This document shows positions 56,692-64,000 of a stretch of DNA of 64,000 nucleotides, piece by piece. The position numbers and the translations under genes are program-made. The notes beneath the pieces were generated by a model. That model was not told the origin of the DNA and made no database searches. It was given only the letters and a program-made list of their open reading frames with translations. Origin of the DNA: Eledone cirrhosa. Lineage: Eukaryota. The stretch's first letter is position 1; the number at the start of each line of letters is the position of its first letter. The stretch is from contig OZ024741.1 in the NCBI GenBank assembly GCA_964016885.1, positions 213,900,001 through 213,964,000 on the forward strand, in the 5' to 3' direction.

Positions 56692-56754
56692 GCATATATG
56701 TATATATGTATATATATATACATATGTATATGTATATATGTATATATATGTATG

Positions 56755-56822
<68 letters not shown>

Positions 56823-56838
56823 TAGTTATATATGTATA

Positions 56839-56909
<71 letters not shown>

Positions 56910-57342
56910 GTATATATGTGTATATATATATAGATATATATATATAAACATATATATATATTTATATAAACATATATATATATATATATATACCTTGTTT
57001 ATAACACGAACAAGAGATATGTAAACAGACTTTTGGAAAAAATACTCTTCCTGTGCACTAAGTGACATGAAAAACATGAAACTTTCACTGAAAATATTTC
57101 TACAGTCAAGTCTATTGGGGGAGAAAAACTCCAATACATTCTTTTCCACTTTAGAATTAACGTCTTATACGTGTGATACACGTGGTCTGTTTTAGCCAAT
57201 CGTGTAATGGGGTCTTTACGCCATATTGGATACCGACACGGCTTATTTTTTTTTCCTCCTATAGACCAAAAGAACCATCTGGTTAGTCGAACTATCGGGA
57301 AATTGAAAGTAACAAACAATACAAGGCACCAAATTAATAATT

Positions 57343-57384
<42 letters not shown>

Positions 57385-57399
57385 ATACACTCTCATACA

Positions 57400-57950
57400 C
57401 ACACAGAGACACATACACGCAGACAGATAGATAGAGAGGCCGCGATAGCCGGGTCGGATAGGGACATGTAGACAAACACACACACACATACACATACACA
57501 TATACACACAGAGACTCTGACACAAAAACATATACACACACACACATACACATATACATACAGAGACACACACACGCAGACAGATAGATAGAGAGGCCGC
57601 GATAGCCGGGTCGGATAGGGACATGTAGACACACACACACATACACATACATATACACATATACACACAGAGACTCTGACACACAAAAAAATACACACAC
57701 ACACACATACACATATACACACAGAGACACGCACACGCAGACAGATAGATAGCGAGGCCGCGATAGCCGGGTCGGATGGGGACATGTAGACACACACACA
57801 CACACACATACACATACACATACACATATACACACAGAGACTCTGACACAAAAACATATACACACCGCGACACACACACGCAGACAGACAGATAGAGAGG
57901 CTGTGATAGCCGGTCGGATAGGGACATGTAGACTCTGACACATATACACA
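57400..57950. repeat. Four tandem ~145-160 bp units with GC-rich core and variable (CA)n
   Basis: GAGGCCGCGATAGCCGGGTCGGATAGGGACATGTAGAC x4. Confidence 0.9.
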
Positions 57951-57953
57951 CAT

Positions 57954-58133
57954 GTGAATTGGCAGTATCGGAAGAGGGTCGGACATGCTTTCCAGCATAG
58001 TTACGTCCCTTTACGATCTGAGTTCAAATCCTGCCGAGGTTAACTTTGCCTTTCATCCTTACGGGGTCGATAAAACAAAGTACCAGTAATGTACTTGGAA
58101 ATTGCTGGCCTTGTGCCTAGAATAGAAACAATT
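57954..58133 (+). mobile_element. Meta-like SINE
   Basis: Full head, core and tail. Confidence 0.9.
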
Positions 58134-58309
58134 ATAAGTTATAGTCCCGATAGAGGACCCTTCGTTTAGACTATATCATATCATTCAAGTGGCAATAACA
58201 TGGCGTATTTCATGATAGGAGTGTATATGAAAGCATAAACGATATATATATGTATAATCAATATACGAAAGTTTTGTTAATATCATTCTGTAATCAGAAG
58301 AAGGGAGGT

Positions 58310-59275
58310 AGGTGTAAAAGCCAAACTCACTATCTTCAATACGGTCGGTATTCGTGTCAACCCTTACCTATGGTCAGGAATTTGAGGTAATGACCGAAAG
58401 AATACAATCACGAATACTAGCTGCCGAAATGGGGTTCCTCCGAAGGGTCTTTGGTATTGCGTTATTTGAAACAGTACAGAGAAGTAAGGAATACCTCGGC
58501 CTGGGGATGGTGTCTACATTTTGTGCTTATAAAAAAAAGTCGTCGTAGATTACCTGGGGTTTAATTTAATTGGGTGCCTGAGACTAAAATGTTCAACCCA
58601 CGAAAGCTAAGACGATAGGGTTAAGTAAAAGGGCATTCGACAAACCGAACATGTATTTGTTGTGCTATGGTACAATGAAAGCAATAGTTACAGAGCAGTA
58701 AGCATGTGGGACTGCAGTGGTGGAGAGCATGAAGGAATTTAGTTGGATACTTTTTAGAGTGTGTAGTTCGGAAATGAAAGATTCACCCTAGGTAGAACCG
58801 CTACTTCTTTGGATCAAGAGATCACATCTCTGATACTACGGGTATGTGGTTAGAATGTCTCAGGAAAGAATCACTGGAGAGTCACTCCAGGTAGAGCCAC
58901 TGCTTCTCCGAATTGAGAGATCACATCTCTGATACTACGGGTATGTGGTTAGAATGTCTCAGGAAAGAATCACTGGAGAGTCACTCCAGGTAGAGCCACT
59001 GCTTCTCCGAATTGAGAGATTCCAGCTCTGATACTACGGGTATGTGGTTAGAATGTCTCAGGAAAGAATCGCTGGACAGATTTTACGAGCAAAACCAAAC
59101 AGCAGGAGACACAGAAATAGACCCAGAGCTAGATGGTTGGATAACCTACATGAGCTTGGCTTGTCTCGCTGAGGGATCTACCCGGTTCAGTTGGAGGCGG
59201 TTGCTTTTGAGAGGACCCACTGGACGGAGCATTTGAGGACTCTGCTCCCATGACCCTCTCAGGAATAAATGGGAA
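58310..59275 (+). pseudogene. RTE-clade (Expander/Rex3-like) LINE 3' fragment, disrupted
   Basis: TLTYGQEFEVMTERIQSRILAAEMGFLRRV; VEPLLLRIER..YVVRMSQERIAGQILRAKPNSRRHRNRPRARWLD; stops, ~250-bp interruption, 99-bp triplication. Confidence 0.88.
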
Positions 59276-59599
59276 AAGAAGAAAGTCTCGCTATATTATT
59301 TAAATAAATGCCTGATCATGTCACAGCTATCTCAGTAGCGATGAGTATTCCAGACAGCTATTTCTGGATTTTAATCCGCCATTGATGGTATTGAGACAAA
59401 TAGGCTGAAAACTATATTATTCTGTATGAAACATTGGTTGGAAATGCTCATTTGCATATAGTGCAAACTTGATTGGTGAAAGGCGGGTAATTAGAAGTGG
59501 CACTAACATAACGTGGTATATATGAAAACATATACGATACCTTCATGTGTAATAATCATACGAGAGACTCGTCATGAGTTTTTTTAAAAGGCTGTGTTT

Positions 59600-62500
59600 A
59601 CCAACACCACCACCATTACTACACACCACCACCGTTACTACACACCTCTCCACCACCATTACAACACACCCCTCCACACCACCTCCACCACCATTACTAC
59701 ACACCCCTCCACACCATTACAACACACCACTCCACACCATTACAACACACCACTCCACACCATTACAAAACACCACTACACACCATGACTACCATCCCTC
59801 CACACCAAACCTAACACCACCACCACCACCACCGCCACCACCACCACCACCACCACTACCACCACTCTACATGACGACCACCACTCCATACCAAACCCAC
59901 CATGACCATTACAACACACCACTCCACACCATGACTACCATCCCTCCACCCCAAACCTAACACCACCACCACCGCCACCACCACCGCCACCACCACCACT
60001 ACCACCACTCTACATGACGACCACCACTCCATACCAAACCCACCATCACCATTACAACACACCACTCCACACCATGACTACCATCCCTCCACACCAAACC
60101 TAACACCACCACCATCACCACCGCCACCACCACCACCACCACTACCACCACCACCACCACCATCACCAGCACACAAAAAAGGCCACTCAATGCACCCCAA
60201 CACCATTTCCAGTCAGGGAGGCAGACTTCACACACCACTACCCTCCCTCATCATTACATGACCCTCACAGCTAACAGACACGCCGCCATCTCCACCGACC
60301 ACCATTACCACCCTCAACAACAACAACAACAGTCAGCAGCAACACTGTCAACACTTCCACCTCTATCGCCACCAGCACCATTCACATTACCAACCCAAAC
60401 TACTGCCGCCACATTAACAACAACAACGTCAACAATAATAATGATAACAAAGACAACAACAACAACAATAATAGCTACAACAACAATGACAACGACATCA
60501 ACAACGACAACTATAACAATAATGATGATAATAACAACTACGACAATATCAATGACAACTACAACAACAACGATGACAATAACAACAACAATAACAATAA
60601 CAACAACAATAACAACAAGAATAACAACTACAACAATAACTACAAGAACAATAACAATAACAACTACAACACTAACTACAACAACAACAATAACAACAAC
60701 AAAATAACAACTACAACACTAACTACAACAACAACAATAACAACAACAACAATAACAACAACAACAATAACAACTACAACACTAACTACTACAACAACAA
60801 CAATAACAACTACAACACCAACTACAACGACAACAACAACAGAAGTCATTTACTATTCCTTCCTCAACTCCACAAAACAAGGACAGTGGCGAGACTAAGA
60901 ACAGTAACACAAACATGTCATTCACTACTTACTACTACCACCTCTACTACTACTACTACTACTACTACTACCTCTACTACTACTACTACCTCTACTACTA
61001 CCACCATTACTACTACTACCTCTACTACTACCACCATTACTACTACTACTTCTACTACTACCACATTTAGTACTACTACTACCTCTACTACTACTACTAC
61101 CTCTACTACTACTACTACCTCTACTACTACCACATTTACTACTACTACTACCTCTACTACTACTACTACCTCTACTACAACCTCTACTACTACTACTACC
61201 ACCTCTACTACTACTACTACCTCTACTACTACCACCATTACTACTACTACTACCTCTACTACTACTACTACCTCTACTACTACTACTACCTCTACTACTA
61301 CCTCTACTACTACTACTAACTATACTACTACTACCTCTACTACTACTACTACCTCTACTACTACTACTACCGCTACTCCTACCACCTCTACTACTACTAC
61401 CTCTACTACTACCGCCATTACTACTACCACCATTACTACTACCACCTCTACTACTACCACATCTACTACTACTACTACCACCTCTACTACTACTACCACC
61501 ACTACTACTACCACCATTACTACTACCACCTCTACTACTACCACCTCTACTACTACCACCATTACTACTACCACCTCTACTACTACCACCTCTACTACTA
61601 CCACCATTACTACTACCACCTCTACTACTACCACCTCTACTACTACCACCGCTACTACTACCACCATTACAACTACCACCACCATCACCACCATCATCAC
61701 TACCACCACCTTCACCAACACCATCGCCACTACCATCGCCACCACCACTGCTATCACCACCACCACAATCATCACCACTACTACCATTTCCAACATCACC
61801 ACCACCATCATCACCACCATTAACATCACCACTACTACCATTGCCAACATCACTACCACCATCATCACTATCACCACCACCACTATCACCACCACCACCA
61901 CTACGAACACCATCACCCCCACCGCCACCATCACCCCCACCGCCACAACCAGATTAATCTCTCACACCCCAACAACAAAATTAAATATATACAGCAACTA
62001 GAACAACAACAATTGCACTCTACTAACATCATCCGCCACCACCGCCACCACCATTGAACACCGCCATCAGAGACCACTGCCTCCACCCCCCACCATTGCG
62101 TTCACCACTAACACCACCACCACTACCTACATCGTCGCCGCCACCACCATCACTAACATCAACACCACCACTATCACCATCGCCGCCACCACCACCACCA
62201 CTACCACCACTAACATCAACACCACTACCACTACCACTACCAACATCGCCGCCACCACCACCACCACTAACATCAACACCACCACTACCAACATCGCCGC
62301 CGCCACCACCACCACTAACATCAACACCACCACTACCAACATCGCCGCCACCACCACCACCACTAACATCAACACCACCACTACCAACATCGCCGCCGCC
62401 ACCACCACCACTAACATCAACACCACCACTACCAACATCGCCGCCACCACTACCACCTCTAACATCAACACCACCACTACCAACATCGCCGCCACCACTA

Positions 62501-62600
62501 CCACCACTAACATCAACACCACCACCACTACCAACATCGCCGCCACCAACACCATCTCTAACATCGCCACCTCCACCCACACACCCATTCACAACTCCTC
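59600..62600. repeat. Mixed CAC/ACA/ACT simple repeats incl. 48-bp minisatellite (62250-62560)
   Basis: Direct inspection; CTAACATCAACACC at 62315, 62363, 62411. Confidence 0.9.
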
Positions 62601-63049
62601 TCCCCTCCACAACTACCACTATCAACATGGCCGCCACCACCATCGCTACCATCACCACAACCTCCTCCACGTTCCCCATCACCAATACCACAACCACCAC
62701 CACCATTCACAACACCAGCCCCTCACACTACAGTCCACTGACAACTACAACAACAACTACAACAGCTACAACCACGCACACTTCTAGTTCCCCTTATAAT
62801 ATGCCATGTATATATGTATTTATATATACACACACGCACACACACACATACATACATACACACGCACGTTGCCGCGCACAGACGCACACACATACACACG
62901 CACGCACACATAAATACACACGCACACGCACACACACGTACACAATCTGTTCACATCAATGGTTGCTAGGTCCAAAGTAAAATGGTGGACTTCCCCGGGC
63001 ACACCGGCTCCCATGAATGTCTGGAATGTTGGGAAAGCGTTAAAAGGTG

Positions 63050-64000
63050 ATGGTGGCGGTGAGGGTGTTATAGTGATGGTGGCGGTGAGGGTGTTATAGT
63101 GATGGAGGCGGTGAGGGTATTATAGTGATGGAGGCGGTGAGGGTGTTATAGTGATGGAGGTGATGAGGGTGTTATAGTGATGGTGGCGGTGAGGGTGTTA
63201 TAGTGATGGAGGCGGTGAGGGTGTTATAGTGATGGAGGCGGTGAGGGTGTTATAGTGATGGAGGCGGTGAGGGTATTATAGTGATGGTAGCGGTGAGGGT
63301 ATTATAGTGATGGAGGTGATGAGGGTGTTATAGTGATGGTAGCGGTGAGGGTGTTATAGTGATGGTGGCTGTGAGGGTGTTATAGTGATGGTGGCGGTGA
63401 GGGTGTTATAGGGATGGTAGCGGTGGGGTGTTATAGTGATGGTGGTGGTGGGGCTGTTATAGTGATGGAGGCGGTGAGGGTGTTATAGTGATGGAGGCGG
63501 TGAGTGTGTTATAGTGATGGTGGCGGTGAGGGTGTTATAGTGATGGAGGCGATGAGGGTGTTATAGTGATGGTGGCGGTGAGGGTGTTATAGTGATGGAG
63601 GCGGTGAGGGTGTTATAGTGATGGTGGCGGTGAGGGTGTTATAGTGATGGTGGCGGTGAGGATGTTATAGTGATGGTGGCGGTGAGGGTGTTATAGTGAT
63701 GGTGGCGGTGAGGGTGTTATAGTGATGGTAGCGGTGAGGGTGTTATAGTGATGGTGGCGGTGAGGGTGTTATAGGGATGGTGGCGGTGAGGGTGTTATAG
63801 TGATGGAGGCGGTGAGGGTGTTATAGTGATGGTGGCGGTGAGGGTGTTATAGTGATGGCGGTGGTGAGGGTGTTATAGGGATGGTGGCGGTGAGGGTGTT
63901 ATAGTGATGGAGGCGGTGAGGGTGTTATAGTGATGGTGGCGGTGAGGGTGTTATAGTGATGGTAGCGGTGAGGGTGTTATAGTGATGGTGGCGGTGAGGG
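63050..64000. repeat. 26-bp minisatellite (GTGAGGGTGTTATAGTGATGGWGGCG)n
   Basis: Direct repetition to window end. Confidence 0.96.

Noticed and set aside
57400-57950. CRISPR-like repeat/spacer appearance
   Set aside because: Spacers are homologous CA-rich sequences, eukaryotic context, no cas genes
60886-62980. Thr-rich and Pro-rich ORFs
   Set aside because: Trinucleotide-derived simple repeats

Overview
Eukaryotic, AT-rich, gene-poor DNA saturated with microsatellites and minisatellites. The SINE repertoire and (TA)n/(CA)n density suggest a coleoid cephalopod such as Octopus (inference). I can support no intact host protein-coding gene; the long ORFs are translations of simple repeats. The recognisable coding remnants are a 5'-truncated Penelope-like element (PLE, GIY-YIG endonuclease, 24643-26424, minus) and an RTE-clade LINE 3' fragment (58310-59275). 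Also present are about 20 tRNA-derived SINEs of two superfamilies, a piggyBac-type MITE and a mariner-type MITE. The main signal lies in the short 'unique' islands between (TA)n runs from about 5.4 to 46 kb. Many of them are small non-coding fold-back elements (inverted arm + direct arm + unpaired tail) carrying minimal type I hammerhead ribozymes (CUGANGA...GAAA...UH), and they fall into at least 7 sequence families. They share a tail motif and family-specific breakpoints. They include a U3-A8 covariant core, core-less half-ribozyme palindromes with flip/flop loops, and one circularly permuted copy. Together this looks like a TA-microsatellite-targeting, PLE-mobilised retrozyme-like system.
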